Positions 9,342 through 19,609 of a DNA stretch of 64,000 nt are shown here, piece by piece. The notes under the pieces are model-generated. The model was given only the letters and a program-made list of their open reading frames with translations, did not search any database and had not been told where the DNA came from. Each line of letters begins with the position of its first letter. Within the stretch, counting starts at the first letter, position 1. The position numbers were made by a program, and so were the translations under genes. Source of the DNA: a virus; IMG/VR virus record IMGVR_UViG_3300020420_000721, positions 22,040 through 86,039 of that record. One strand, written 5' to 3'.

Positions 9342-10211
9342 TTATTTGTTGTCCCACTTTTTGTCAATTAATAGACGCATAGGTAGTCGTGTACCTACAT
9401 TTATATCATTATGTTTAGCAATATGAATTGCATCTGTTTCTTCTAGTCCTAAATCATAACACACTCTTGAATAGGTGTCACTATATTTGTTCCACAAAAA
9501 ATCGGAACTAAAATGTTCCATCATCTTTATACCTATCCATTGATCACTAACATTGTGATAACCATATTCATTCATTATACTAATAGGTCCTTTTATTTTT
9601 TCTCTACTGTATCTTATTCCAATACGTTGATTGCCCATTGCTAGGCTTTTACTTAAACTGATACTCACTGTTTGGATAGCTGGATGACTACAGTCTAATT
9701 CAAAATTACGAACACAACCAAACCAAGCACCATCTATATGTACTGCTATTTTATTATGCCAACAATGATCCAACATACTATACATATCTTGAATATAGTT
9801 AGTAGTGAAACAATTTGGTAAACTGACAATTAAAATATCCCCTGGCTGTAATTGAGTATAGTGTTCAATAACTTTTATTTTTTGTTCTAATCTCCAATGA
9901 TATTTATACTCAAAGTTATATACTGCAATGTTACCTTTATGTAAAAAATGCAATTCATCAAGAGTGTGTGTTACTCCCAATATTGAATCTTTGTAGGGGA
10001 AACTATCAAGACCAAAATATTCACATTGTTTATGACTTTTTATCCAGCTATCAATTTGAGATAGAAATTCTGCATTATATTCTTTTCCTCTTTTAGGATA
10101 AGTTTCTAATGTTAATTTTTTTCTAAATTTAATAAACTCATCTAAATTAATAGGTCTAGGACGATGTGTTCTTAAATCATCTAATGTTATGCTCTGATAG
10201 GTTCTTTCCAT
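9342..10211 (-). CDS. PLP-dependent fold-type I enzyme
   Basis: HIDGAW Asp motif and SLSK..GNQRIG Lys motif. Confidence 0.7.
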   Translation of the reverse strand: MERTYQSITLDDLRTHRPRPINLDEFIKFRKKLTLETYPKRGKEYNAEFLSQIDSWIKSHKQCEYFGLDSFPYKDSILGVTHTLDELHFLHKGNIAVYNFEYKYHWRLEQKIKVIEHYTQLQPGDILIVSLPNCFTTNYIQDMYSMLDHCWHNKIAVHIDGAWFGCVRNFELDCSHPAIQTVSISLSKSLAMGNQRIGIRYSREKIKGPISIMNEYGYHNVSDQWIGIKMMEHFSSDFLWNKYSDTYSRVCYDLGLEETDAIHIAKHNDINVGTRLPMRLLIDKKWDNK

Positions 10212-11098
10212 TTTTCTATTATCGCGTCTAATTTACAAGGACAATATGTTACATTACACGTTATCTCCTTTTCTGGCATCTCATATTCTCCAAATATATT
10301 ACCAATTTTTCCGCCAACTGTTTGTGTACATCTATATATGTCACCAGTTTTATCAACAAATAATCTCTTTAATCCTGCCATACATTTCCAACCATTAAAT
10401 TTATGTTGATCATTAGCTTGTAATTCAGCCCAATGTTTTTTGTAGCCATCAACAAAAATTTTACGTGGAATATCCCATTCAATACCAAACGGTTTTTGTC
10501 CAATGTGTCTGGCGTTTATAGCCCAATCTTTTTGTTCTTGATTGAAGTCCATAAGGTCAGGTTTCTCAATATTTTGCCGTGTTAGTCTAGGTATCACACT
10601 TACCTTTAATTGTTTTAATCTGTTATGTAATTTTTTAGCACGTTCAAAGTTTTCTGGAGTAACCATTAACGGAACATTTACAGTAGTTCTTTCATGTAAT
10701 ACTTCTGCTACACGATAAAAATGATCATCATCAGCTTCTTCACTATGCCAACTTAAAAAAATAAAACAATTCTTTTTAGTATGAAAATTTTCCCAATAAC
10801 GAATTGTACGACTTGCATTTGTAGAAAATTCTATAAACGTATTGTCGTTACTAATAGTATCTATGAAATCTGAAAATTTTGGTTGCAATGTTGGTTCGCC
10901 TCCTAATATTTCAACATAGACATACTTATTACGTTTTTCAACTTCCTTAATAAAATTTATCCATGGAGTCCAGTTATCACTCCAACGGTAACTACCATCT
11001 CTATGATAATCGTTACAATATGAACAATTATAATTACAGACATTGTGTGTGAATAAAGTAACTATTGCACAATCAGGATTATTATTATCTAGACGCAT
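10187..11098 (-). CDS. Radical SAM protein with SPASM/twitch domain
   Basis: CNYNCSYC, GGEPT, C-terminal C..GDIYRC..C..CPC. Confidence 0.9.
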   Translation of the reverse strand: MRLDNNNPDCAIVTLFTHNVCNYNCSYCNDYHRDGSYRWSDNWTPWINFIKEVEKRNKYVYVEILGGEPTLQPKFSDFIDTISNDNTFIEFSTNASRTIRYWENFHTKKNCFIFLSWHSEEADDDHFYRVAEVLHERTTVNVPLMVTPENFERAKKLHNRLKQLKVSVIPRLTRQNIEKPDLMDFNQEQKDWAINARHIGQKPFGIEWDIPRKIFVDGYKKHWAELQANDQHKFNGWKCMAGLKRLFVDKTGDIYRCTQTVGGKIGNIFGEYEMPEKEITCNVTYCPCKLDAIIEKWKEPIRA

Positions 11099-12125
11099 TT
11101 TGTTCCTTTGCTAATACTTGTTTGTTAACTAGATATGAACCTTTATCACCACAAGTTAAAATACATCTTTGTATATATTCAGGATGTTCAGAATACCATC
11201 TGGACTTTAACGTTTTATAAAAATCATTATTTAAAATATCTATAATATTATGTTTGTAAAGATTATTCCAACCTTCTGGATAGTTCTCTAACCATTTTAT
11301 ATTTTTCCTAATTGAACCATCAGCAATATAACAACAGGGCCAAACATTACCACTAGCTGATATATAAATTTCTGGAGTATTAAGATGTTTACAAGTTATA
11401 GTTGGAATTTTTGAATCTAAAAGTTTGTAATCTCCCTTTGCTGATGCCTTATAAAAATTTTTAATTTGTGACATATCTTTAGGGTTTACGTGTTGGTCTC
11501 CACCATCTCTAATCATTACCTTTTCTGTTTCTTTTTTCTTTGTTTTTAATTTTTTCTTTGCCGCCCATATAACATTTCTACCACTAGTTCTAACAGTAAA
11601 ACGAATCCCTAATCTTTCTGCATGAGCTTGAGCTACCGGTAAATCGTCTTGATTGTGTTCAAAACTAATAAACTGCCAACGGCCATCTCCTCCAGCACCA
11701 ACAAATGCTTCTAGATTTCTTATAACATTTTGCCATTTAACATTTTGCCTATAGATATGATTAGTATGTTCATGTCCATCTATACAAAAATCAACGCCTA
11801 CTCTAGGAATTTTTGCAAATTCTTTCCACCAGTCAGTAGTATTAATACCACCATTTGTGCTAATAAAAACTTTGCATTTTTTATCACTAAAAAATTTAAC
11901 AATTTCGAATAACTCTGGATTTAGAATAGGATCTCCAGATACCCCACATAACTTTATTTCAACGCCTTCCATTTCCTCATTTTTAAAAATATTGTATAGA
12001 AGATCAAAAGGCAAGTTATTATTACCACGAAGTGGCATATTCAGTCTAGTTCTGATGCATAACGGACAAGCCGCATTGCAGTCTGAACTTACTTCTAATT
12101 CATACTCTCGGAAATGCTCTAGCAT
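11085..12125 (-). CDS. Radical SAM protein with SPASM/twitch domain
   Basis: CNAACPLC, GDP, STNG, IDG, GNVWPCC and CILTC. Confidence 0.9.
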   Translation of the reverse strand: MLEHFREYELEVSSDCNAACPLCIRTRLNMPLRGNNNLPFDLLYNIFKNEEMEGVEIKLCGVSGDPILNPELFEIVKFFSDKKCKVFISTNGGINTTDWWKEFAKIPRVGVDFCIDGHEHTNHIYRQNVKWQNVIRNLEAFVGAGGDGRWQFISFEHNQDDLPVAQAHAERLGIRFTVRTSGRNVIWAAKKKLKTKKKETEKVMIRDGGDQHVNPKDMSQIKNFYKASAKGDYKLLDSKIPTITCKHLNTPEIYISASGNVWPCCYIADGSIRKNIKWLENYPEGWNNLYKHNIIDILNNDFYKTLKSRWYSEHPEYIQRCILTCGDKGSYLVNKQVLAKEQNASR

Positions 12126-12144
12126 ATCGATATTTATGCTAGTA

Positions 12145-12603
12145 TTAGAGTCCTATATCTTCAAGACCTGCGGCTCTAAGTTTAACTATGTTGTTAATTT
12201 GGAATTGTTTAGCATCTAGGGCTTTCATTACACCTAGAAATCTATTACGTACTAGACTAAAATCATTAATAAGATATTGAAGCGATACAACATCTTCTTC
12301 GCCATCTACATACTTTTCTGCATCTCTACTTGTTAGTGCCTTATTATAATTTTCCAAGTATTTACGAAATGTTTTACTTCGTAATTTTCGCATCTCAGTA
12401 TTTAGATATTCCAGTATCGCTTCTACTTCTTGTAACTGATTAAATCTATGTTCTACAATACCTGGCATATCTCTACTCTGCTTTTCTAAATTGCCTTTCA
12501 TTCCACATTCATATTTTGCTTCATCTATTTGTGCTTCAAAGTATGTAATTGCTGGAACAATATCCGCCATATCAGCAGTAACTTTTCTATACCAAGTACT
12601 CAT
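12145..12603 (-). CDS. uvsY: Recombination mediator UvsY-like
   Basis: Helical 152 aa with KYVDGE and ALDAKQFQINNIVKLRAAG; lies next to uvsX. Confidence 0.8.
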   Translation of the reverse strand: MSTWYRKVTADMADIVPAITYFEAQIDEAKYECGMKGNLEKQSRDMPGIVEHRFNQLQEVEAILEYLNTEMRKLRSKTFRKYLENYNKALTSRDAEKYVDGEEDVVSLQYLINDFSLVRNRFLGVMKALDAKQFQINNIVKLRAAGLEDIGL

Positions 12604-12604
12604 A

Positions 12605-12877
12605 TTACCATCTATCCTCGTCGTCTTCGTCTATATATTCACCTTCTTCTTCGTATTCATCTTCCTCTTCTTGCTCTAACCATTCATCTAATGCATCAGA
12701 TAAAAATGAATCATGATCAGCTATGTCTGCAAAACAAGCCTTAACGTCAAATCCAAAATCAACCAGATGTCTGATAAACTCCGTAGCATACTTTTCACGT
12801 ACTTTATCTTCCATCATGTTGGTTGATGTATCATAAATTGTTAATATAAATTCAATGTCACCATCACTCAGATTCAT
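12605..12877 (-). CDS. Small acidic hypothetical protein
   Basis: 90 aa with a D/E-rich tail, between uvsX and uvsY. Confidence 0.7.
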   Translation of the reverse strand: MNLSDGDIEFILTIYDTSTNMMEDKVREKYATEFIRHLVDFGFDVKACFADIADHDSFLSDALDEWLEQEEEDEYEEEGEYIDEDDEDRW

Positions 12878-13994
12878 TAACGTTTCCTTCTGTTAAGTTT
12901 TCAGGAGCCTCCTCCTGAGGCATCGCATCTTGTATTTCTTCAGGTTGTTTATTCCATTCTTCCATCATAGTATCTAAAATACCATCTTCATTTAAAGATA
13001 ATGCTTTACGGAATTTAGCAGTAGCTTCTCCTGTTACTGGACTGGTATATTCTAAACGATTTCCTGTTTTCTTTAGAATACCTTTTGCTTCAAAGAAATC
13101 TACAAGTCCACTATAAGGACTCATTCCAGTTTCATAAGGAATTTCAACCTGTACACTTTCAAAAGGTTTAGAATATCTTGTTTTCATAACTTTACAAGCC
13201 GCTCTAATACCTTTTACATCAGTTGTTTTGTTACCATCTGCATCGATTTTTAATTTAAGTTTTCGCATTGCAATAACAATACTTGATGCATAGATAAATC
13301 CTTGTCCACCTGATATTTTATCATCTGGATCAAACATATCTTGCGAAGCATATGTATGATTAGTTGCTACAAGACCTACATTAAATTCACCAAACATATT
13401 AACACAATTTCTTACAAGTGCGGTTAGTGCTTTAGGTTTTCTACCCATATCACCTTTTAAATCACCTTTTCCAAACTGATCAACATCTGTTGGCGTTAAT
13501 AACATACCTAATGAATCAACTACAAATAAAACTTTTGGACGATCTTCATTTGGTTTCTCTGCATATTCTGCTTTATAGTCTTTCATAAAGTCTGAAATAA
13601 CTTTTGCAACATCATCTATCATTGCTAGATTAAGTTTAAGAAGTTTCTTTTCATCTGTATCAACTTGTAAAGCATGAAGCCATTTTTCATCAAGGGCATT
13701 TTCACTATCAATTAGTACAACAAAAATTCCTTGATCTTGTGCATTTTTAACAATATTACCAGCCGCAATAAAACTTTTACCTGCTCCTGATTCTCCTGCA
13801 AGTACTGTTACCTTACCTAAAGGAATACCTTTATTAAAATCATTACTAACTAGTTTATTAAGTGTATAATTACCTGTGTTTATCCATGTATCTGGATCAT
13901 TGAAGCCAACACTAAGACCAGGCACTGCCTTAGTAATGCTTTTTCTAAACTTACTTACATCGAATGGTTTTACCATGTTTATTATCTCCTTCAA
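12864..13994 (-). CDS. uvsX: RecA/UvsX recombinase
   Basis: GESGAGKS, IDSENA, VVDSLG, NHTY and SGGQG. Confidence 0.92.
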   Translation of the reverse strand: MKEIINMVKPFDVSKFRKSITKAVPGLSVGFNDPDTWINTGNYTLNKLVSNDFNKGIPLGKVTVLAGESGAGKSFIAAGNIVKNAQDQGIFVVLIDSENALDEKWLHALQVDTDEKKLLKLNLAMIDDVAKVISDFMKDYKAEYAEKPNEDRPKVLFVVDSLGMLLTPTDVDQFGKGDLKGDMGRKPKALTALVRNCVNMFGEFNVGLVATNHTYASQDMFDPDDKISGGQGFIYASSIVIAMRKLKLKIDADGNKTTDVKGIRAACKVMKTRYSKPFESVQVEIPYETGMSPYSGLVDFFEAKGILKKTGNRLEYTSPVTGEATAKFRKALSLNEDGILDTMMEEWNKQPEEIQDAMPQEEAPENLTEGNVNESE

Positions 13995-14040
13995 GTAGTA
14001 GGAGAGTGTATCTACACTCCCCTTACACTTATATTATTAA

Positions 14041-15054
14041 TTATCCTTCTTTACGTTTACGGATCATTTGTAAAATGTCCTGTGCAGATGGCTTCTCGCC
14101 ACTAGCTGAAGGAGCATCAACTGCCGGTTCTACTTTTGCAGGCTGTACTGGAGCCGCTTGTGCCTCTGCTACTGGAGCAGGAGCCGCCGGAGCAACAGGT
14201 GCCGCCGGAGCAACAGGTGCCGCCTTTGGAGTAGAAGTTATAGTAGAACGTTTATTAGGATTTTCTACACCATAAGGACGATAGAAATCTGCAAAACGTT
14301 CTGGATCATATAATTGACCATCTACAGATGCTTCAAACATTTCAAAAATAGCATTAAGCTCTTCTGCATTTGGTTTCTTAGGAAGATAATCGTTAAGAGT
14401 AAACAACCCGTGTGCATTAATAGCATCACGTTCTGTTTGATCTAAACTTCTCTCCTTACGAGACCAGTTTGAAGTACTGTAATCAGCATATTGACCTTTA
14501 GTAGACTTTATAACTTTAAAGTCTGTACCTGCGTCATAGTCTGTTGGAATTTCTGGGAAGTCTGGGTCCATCAGTGCTTGAGAAATAATTTTAAAGATTT
14601 GTGGACTAATAACAAACCTACGAATTGGATTTTCAGGAACTGTATCTTCTTGAAGTTCACTGTTAACCACAAAACCTTGGAAGATATAAGATCTCTTCTT
14701 CCAATATTTACGACCCATGTCCTCTAGTTTAGGATCTTTAAACCATGGACGAATTTCGGCGTGTACTGGACACTGATCATTCCACATTTCTACACATGGA
14801 ACTTGAACAGTTACAGGACGAGATTCCTCGCCACCTTTAACACCTGGGAATTCTAATCGAATCATCTGACGCTCTTTCCAAAAGAAAGTATTATTTTCGT
14901 CTGCGTCAGGTAAAAAACGCACCACTGCGTTTGTACCTTCTGGAATATTCCAGTGAGGGAAAATAGCTTTATCGTTGCTATTGTTAGAACTTTTACGTTC
15001 TGAACGGGTTTCTTGCTCGAGCAGTTTAGCTCGAATTTCACTTAGAGTAGCCAT
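14041..15054 (-). CDS. Single-stranded DNA-binding protein (T4 gp32-like)
   Basis: VRFLP, CPV, YWKKR, GTDF and ADYSTS motifs; Pro/Ala linker; upstream of uvsX. Confidence 0.85.
   Translation of the reverse strand: MATLSEIRAKLLEQETRSERKSSNNSNDKAIFPHWNIPEGTNAVVRFLPDADENNTFFWKERQMIRLEFPGVKGGEESRPVTVQVPCVEMWNDQCPVHAEIRPWFKDPKLEDMGRKYWKKRSYIFQGFVVNSELQEDTVPENPIRRFVISPQIFKIISQALMDPDFPEIPTDYDAGTDFKVIKSTKGQYADYSTSNWSRKERSLDQTERDAINAHGLFTLNDYLPKKPNAEELNAIFEMFEASVDGQLYDPERFADFYRPYGVENPNKRSTITSTPKAAPVAPAAPVAPAAPAPVAEAQAAPVQPAKVEPAVDAPSASGEKPSAQDILQMIRKRKEG
14184..14225. repeat. 18-bp tandem repeat encoding PVAPAA
   Basis: gccgccggagcaacaggt repeated twice plus a partial copy. Confidence 0.8.
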
Positions 15055-15130
15055 AAATTTTCTCCTTTAATAGCCTATAATAGTATATAACAATCTCTTG
15101 ATTGTAGTATTTGCCTTTGTTAGCCTTTAC

Positions 15131-15158
15131 AGTATATAGTTTTTTTGCCTACTGTCAA
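15131..15158 (-). promoter_or_regulatory. Sigma70-type promoter for the gp32-uvsX-uvsY operon
   Basis: TTGACA-16-TATACT. Confidence 0.6.
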
Positions 15159-16411
15159 GCAATTTTTTTGTATATATTTGCTTCTACAATTGACTCAATT
15201 GCAGATTCTTGCTTTTTTCTGCCAGTTACCTTAGAATTATTTCTAAGATACTTAACAATTTTTACCACAAACTTCTGTTCTTTAGGATTCATGTCCCCAA
15301 AGTCAGACGACATTTGTGCTAAACCGTTTGATAGTCCATCGTTTTTAGTGTTATCACCTAAAAAGCTGATCATAGCAACCATTTTTGCATATTCACCCAT
15401 TGGACCACTGTACTTTACAGGATCTTCATTATTCGGATGGTCTGGATCATTGACATCATATGTAATTCCTAGATCTTCTTTTCTGTTGATAATATCTACA
15501 ATACGTTGTAAGTTCTCTCTACGTAATTCAGCCATTTTGTCAGCCTCTGCAACAATTATACCAACTCTGTCAAGGACTTTAGCAAAATCCTCTTTAGTAA
15601 ACGTATTATATAAGAATTTGTCCTGTATGTCAACACCTTTTTCATCTTTTTCTTCATTAACTTCAAAAGAGCTATATCCTCTTTGTGTTGATAAGTTATC
15701 AATGCTATGTTTTAAGTTGCTGTATTTTGTTTTCACTGCATCTACGATATCTTCATTTGTCTCATTTACTAGTTTATTTGTTCTTACGTGTCTTAAAAAC
15801 TTATTTAGATCTGCAATTTCTTCACACATTGCAAGAATAGAAGTTCCTTTTTCATCATAGGGTGTACCACCATTACTTACGTGTGTTGTCATTGCTTTAG
15901 CACCACTCATATACTTGAATGGAAACTTAAATTTTTCACCCTGTGAGTTTTCAATAAACAAAGAATGTATGTTACGACTACGTGAGCCTTTAACCTCTTC
16001 GTCAACTGTTTTTGTATGTTTAATTATTAATTTTGTTGCATTTGGAAATTGTCTATAACTAGTCTTTGTTGATCCAAATGCAGGACCAAAGCCTTCAGCA
16101 ACAAAGTCTTTTGGTTCAATTTTTTTATTAAATTTTCTCACAGTAAACTCTCCTAAATTTTTGTGTGCAACCTTTTTTAAGATATTAAGTAAATCTTGGT
16201 TACTTGTAAAGTCATAATCTTGGCCGCCTTGTGCAAGTACTTCTATATCTGTACCTTCAGTACGAATAGTGATCATTAAATCCTGATCATAAGCATAGAA
16301 ACGTGTAGCTAATGCAGGGTCTGTTACAGATTGCCCATTTGTATCATATAGCTTAATTTTATACTTTTTACCTTTTAGTATATTAAATATTTCTTTGCTT
16401 ATTTCTTCCAT
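15155..16411 (-). CDS. Hypothetical late (probably virion) protein
   Basis: 418 aa, preceded by TATAAATA (16430-16437) and a GGAG RBS. Confidence 0.65.
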   Translation of the reverse strand: MEEISKEIFNILKGKKYKIKLYDTNGQSVTDPALATRFYAYDQDLMITIRTEGTDIEVLAQGGQDYDFTSNQDLLNILKKVAHKNLGEFTVRKFNKKIEPKDFVAEGFGPAFGSTKTSYRQFPNATKLIIKHTKTVDEEVKGSRSRNIHSLFIENSQGEKFKFPFKYMSGAKAMTTHVSNGGTPYDEKGTSILAMCEEIADLNKFLRHVRTNKLVNETNEDIVDAVKTKYSNLKHSIDNLSTQRGYSSFEVNEEKDEKGVDIQDKFLYNTFTKEDFAKVLDRVGIIVAEADKMAELRRENLQRIVDIINRKEDLGITYDVNDPDHPNNEDPVKYSGPMGEYAKMVAMISFLGDNTKNDGLSNGLAQMSSDFGDMNPKEQKFVVKIVKYLRNNSKVTGRKKQESAIESIVEANIYKKIA

Positions 16412-16446
16412 TGCACTCTCCTTGTATCGTATTTATACAAAACTGC

Positions 16447-18009
16447 TCAAATAAGCATCGGCATAGGATCTATATAGTCATCATCATCGCCCTCACCGTC
16501 ATTTAACAAAGAATTATAACTTCCTTCATCATATTTTGCAGTTTCATGGGCCATTCTAACTATTAATACCAAAGCCATAACCAAATCATCAGTTTCACCT
16601 TCCTTGGCCGCATAACTATTTCCCCTAGCTATAAATGTCTTAATTTCACGTAAAAGATTTTTACTTGCTACTTCAATTTTACTTGTTTCTATCCAATGTT
16701 TCATTTTTGAACAAGCTGATATTTTAGATTTGTGTGTTGTAGTGAATCCTCTTCTATTTAGACTAGGTCTTCCTTTTCTTTTAGGTTCTGACAAAAATGT
16801 TCCGTATATATTGTCTTCACCAAGTTCGTCAATTACTACTAATGCCGCTTCTCCTAGTGTATTGTTTTCAACACTGTAGTATATTTCAGCTTTTCCATCT
16901 GTTTCATCATTAATATATTTACATAGCTGTTGAATTATTCTAACTTGTCTTTGTACTGGTGTCCTATTATGTTGCCATTCTGCTACTTGTTTCATAGAAG
17001 GTAATTCATAAACTTGTAGAGCCGCATAGTCTCCACCTGTACCTAAACTTGGATCAAGAGCTACCAAATATATTGCTCCTGGCTCTGGATTCTTATACCA
17101 TCTTATTTCACCATGTTTAGCAATAGGATCTCTTCCTTGCATATTTGATAATTTTATACTATCAACTAGAGTTTCATCAAATGCAATAAATTCATTTAAG
17201 TGTTCACGTCTAAATCTTTCTTCACCAATTTTACCACGCTCTTCATCTGCCCATTCCTGATCTCTATCTGGATGCTGTTTCCAATCTGCTGAAAATGCCT
17301 TAAATCCATTTCTACCTAATTTTACATTATTGCCGTGATCATCAATAGTCCTATTTGCATCACGCCAAATCTGTGCAAACTGATCATCGTCCTGATTGGG
17401 AGTACTTGTAATAATACATTTACCACCTGTACTTAATGTTGGAGAAAGTGAGGTCCAAAATTCTCTGGCTATATTAGGTCTAACGAATGCAAACTCATCT
17501 AGATATGCTAATGAAATAGATAAACCTCTACCAGTATTTTCTGTTGTTGCTTGTGAAATAATACGTGAACCGTTATCAAATTCTAAACTTCCTTTATTGT
17601 AACTTGTAACACCGGCACGTATAAAGTTTGGTAGAGTTTCATATGCAAATCTTATACGTTGCATAATTTCCTGAGCACCTGAATATTTGTGTGCCGCTAT
17701 AAGAATAGTTTGATCAGGATTAAACATAGCATACCATAATAGATATCCAGCCGCCGCTGTTGACTTTCCCATTTGTCTAGAAATAAGAGCAATGCTATAT
17801 TTGTTATCGTGATATGTATCTACTAATCCTCTTTGAAAATCAAATAGATCAAATTTCATACGCCCTTTTGTTGGGTGTTGAATATAACAATACTTTGTAA
17901 GGAAATATTTTGGATCTTTAGCACATTTGGCTATTTCTTCAATATCCTGTTTTGTATATTGTTCTTTTGTATATGGTGCTTTTGTTAATTTTGTATCTTG
18001 TGTACTCAT
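16447..18009 (-). CDS. Terminase large subunit (T4 gp17-like)
   Basis: RQMGKST, LDEFAF, ITSTPN, LDPSLG..DY and DDLVMA. Confidence 0.95.
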   Translation of the reverse strand: MSTQDTKLTKAPYTKEQYTKQDIEEIAKCAKDPKYFLTKYCYIQHPTKGRMKFDLFDFQRGLVDTYHDNKYSIALISRQMGKSTAAAGYLLWYAMFNPDQTILIAAHKYSGAQEIMQRIRFAYETLPNFIRAGVTSYNKGSLEFDNGSRIISQATTENTGRGLSISLAYLDEFAFVRPNIAREFWTSLSPTLSTGGKCIITSTPNQDDDQFAQIWRDANRTIDDHGNNVKLGRNGFKAFSADWKQHPDRDQEWADEERGKIGEERFRREHLNEFIAFDETLVDSIKLSNMQGRDPIAKHGEIRWYKNPEPGAIYLVALDPSLGTGGDYAALQVYELPSMKQVAEWQHNRTPVQRQVRIIQQLCKYINDETDGKAEIYYSVENNTLGEAALVVIDELGEDNIYGTFLSEPKRKGRPSLNRRGFTTTHKSKISACSKMKHWIETSKIEVASKNLLREIKTFIARGNSYAAKEGETDDLVMALVLIVRMAHETAKYDEGSYNSLLNDGEGDDDDYIDPMPMLI

Positions 18010-18051
18010 ATGTTTACCATTAATTATCTATAGTTATATTTATACATCATG

Positions 18052-18084
18052 AAAATGGCGTTGTCAACCGAAGTTAACAACGCC
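18052..18084 (-). terminator. Terminator hairpin that also contains a -35 box for the terminase gene
   Basis: GGCGTTGT..TTCG..ACAACGCC followed by ATTTT; the TTGACA within it is 17 nt from TATAAATA. Confidence 0.65.
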
Positions 18085-18096
18085 TGTGCCTGGGGA

Positions 18097-19107
18097 TTAT
18101 TTTTGAGATTCGTTTTTCTTAGCCTCGTATGCCGCTTTCATATTATCAACTGTATGTGTTGCTTCTTTAATTTGAACGCCCATATCTTTAGCTTTTAAAT
18201 ATTTTTTTAAACTTAAATTTACTGCTTGAGCAAATTCATAGTTATCTTCGCCGCCATGAACTCTAGGCTCAATTTCACCTACGCCTGCAGGTGTATTAGC
18301 CCATTCGTCAAGTTTTTTATTAATTTGTTCTTCGTTCATTCCTGCGTTTTTTAATAGTGTAATTAGTTGTGTTGTATCCATTGTTGGTGCCTCTTCAATT
18401 GTTTCGGAATCAGTTTTTTCTTCAACTGCTTCTGATTTTGTTTTATCACCAGTAACTTTATATTTTTTACCGTCGATTTCAAACTCATCTTTACCAGCAT
18501 CAATAGCATCTTGTCTAGCTTTAGCAAACTCATTACCTTCTTCAACATCTTCTTCTGGTAATACTTCTTCAGCTGGTGCTTCACTTTCACTTGTTTCCAT
18601 TTCAATATACTTGTCGCACATATCTGGATCAACGCCATACTTTTCACAAGCCTGATCGTGTGCGTCTTCTGGTTCCATACCTTTGTCAACTAAATCCATT
18701 TTCATTTTTGAAATCATAGGATATACTTTTGCAATTTCATGATATTGATCAATGTCTGATTCGTTTGCAAGTTCTTCTGCTTCTGCTTCTACTTCTACAG
18801 CTTCTTCTGGATTTTCTACTCCATTACCAAAATCATGAACTCTACGATACTCGTCTACAAAGTCCTTAATTGTATCACCATCTAAATATCTAATTAGATC
18901 ACTGTATACTGGATGCTCTGCTTCACAACCTAATTCATCACATAAATCATAAATTGGATCTGCAAATTTACCTACTGCTTCAGTAGCTGGTGCTTCTGCA
19001 GGGATACCTGTATCTTTTAATTCTCTCTCGCTAGTCTCTTCTTTTGCCACCTCATTATTGTCAGCAACAAGACCAGCAAGTGTTTTAATTCTATTTGTTT
19101 CCATCAT
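18097..19107 (-). CDS. Acidic protein, probable internal head/core protein
   Basis: E-rich with many xxE sites and a KTLAGL motif. Confidence 0.6.
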   Translation of the reverse strand: MMETNRIKTLAGLVADNNEVAKEETSERELKDTGIPAEAPATEAVGKFADPIYDLCDELGCEAEHPVYSDLIRYLDGDTIKDFVDEYRRVHDFGNGVENPEEAVEVEAEAEELANESDIDQYHEIAKVYPMISKMKMDLVDKGMEPEDAHDQACEKYGVDPDMCDKYIEMETSESEAPAEEVLPEEDVEEGNEFAKARQDAIDAGKDEFEIDGKKYKVTGDKTKSEAVEEKTDSETIEEAPTMDTTQLITLLKNAGMNEEQINKKLDEWANTPAGVGEIEPRVHGGEDNYEFAQAVNLSLKKYLKAKDMGVQIKEATHTVDNMKAAYEAKKNESQK

Positions 19108-19588
19108 TGCCTTTTTCCTTTTCTTTGCGTAGCTTTAATAATTCTTGAACGAATGAAGTATTATACTTGTCACCGTAAAAGTCGTCGGTCTTTACTTTTT
19201 CTGCATCAGAGTATTCGTCATCTTCAAGAACTGATTTAGCTTCTTTGTCGGTAGCAGGTTGTTCGTCTGGCTCATGTGCGCCACGAACTTTCATCAAACC
19301 ATCACCTATACCAATTAGTTTTTTTAATTCTTCTTGTATTTGAAATGCACTAGCTGGTAATGCTGTAGAAAATTCAATTACTTGAATTTCAATTCCACGC
19401 ATTGTTGGGAAATCTTTATGTTCGCTCTGTAACATAAGTTTTTTAGGTGCTGAAAACTTTTGTACATCATACTTTAACAAGTGTCTTTCAATTCTATCTA
19501 CTTGTTCGTCTGTACATCCTTTTGCAATTTTGATACGAAAATCGTATGTATGTTTTGCTTCTTTTAAATATTGTTTATATGACTTCAT
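19091..19588 (-). CDS. Hypothetical head-associated protein
   Basis: N-terminus MKSYKQYLKEA resembles the T4 capsid-targeting sequence; ATAAATA upstream. Confidence 0.6.
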   Translation of the reverse strand: MKSYKQYLKEAKHTYDFRIKIAKGCTDEQVDRIERHLLKYDVQKFSAPKKLMLQSEHKDFPTMRGIEIQVIEFSTALPASAFQIQEELKKLIGIGDGLMKVRGAHEPDEQPATDKEAKSVLEDDEYSDAEKVKTDDFYGDKYNTSFVQELLKLRKEKEKGNDGNK

Positions 19589-19609
19589 AATATGGTTCTC
19601 CCGACAATA

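Noticed and set aside
16447-18009. Intein or intron in the terminase and other core genes
   Set aside because: Terminase, UvsX, UvsW, gp46 and portal have normal lengths and contiguous motifs
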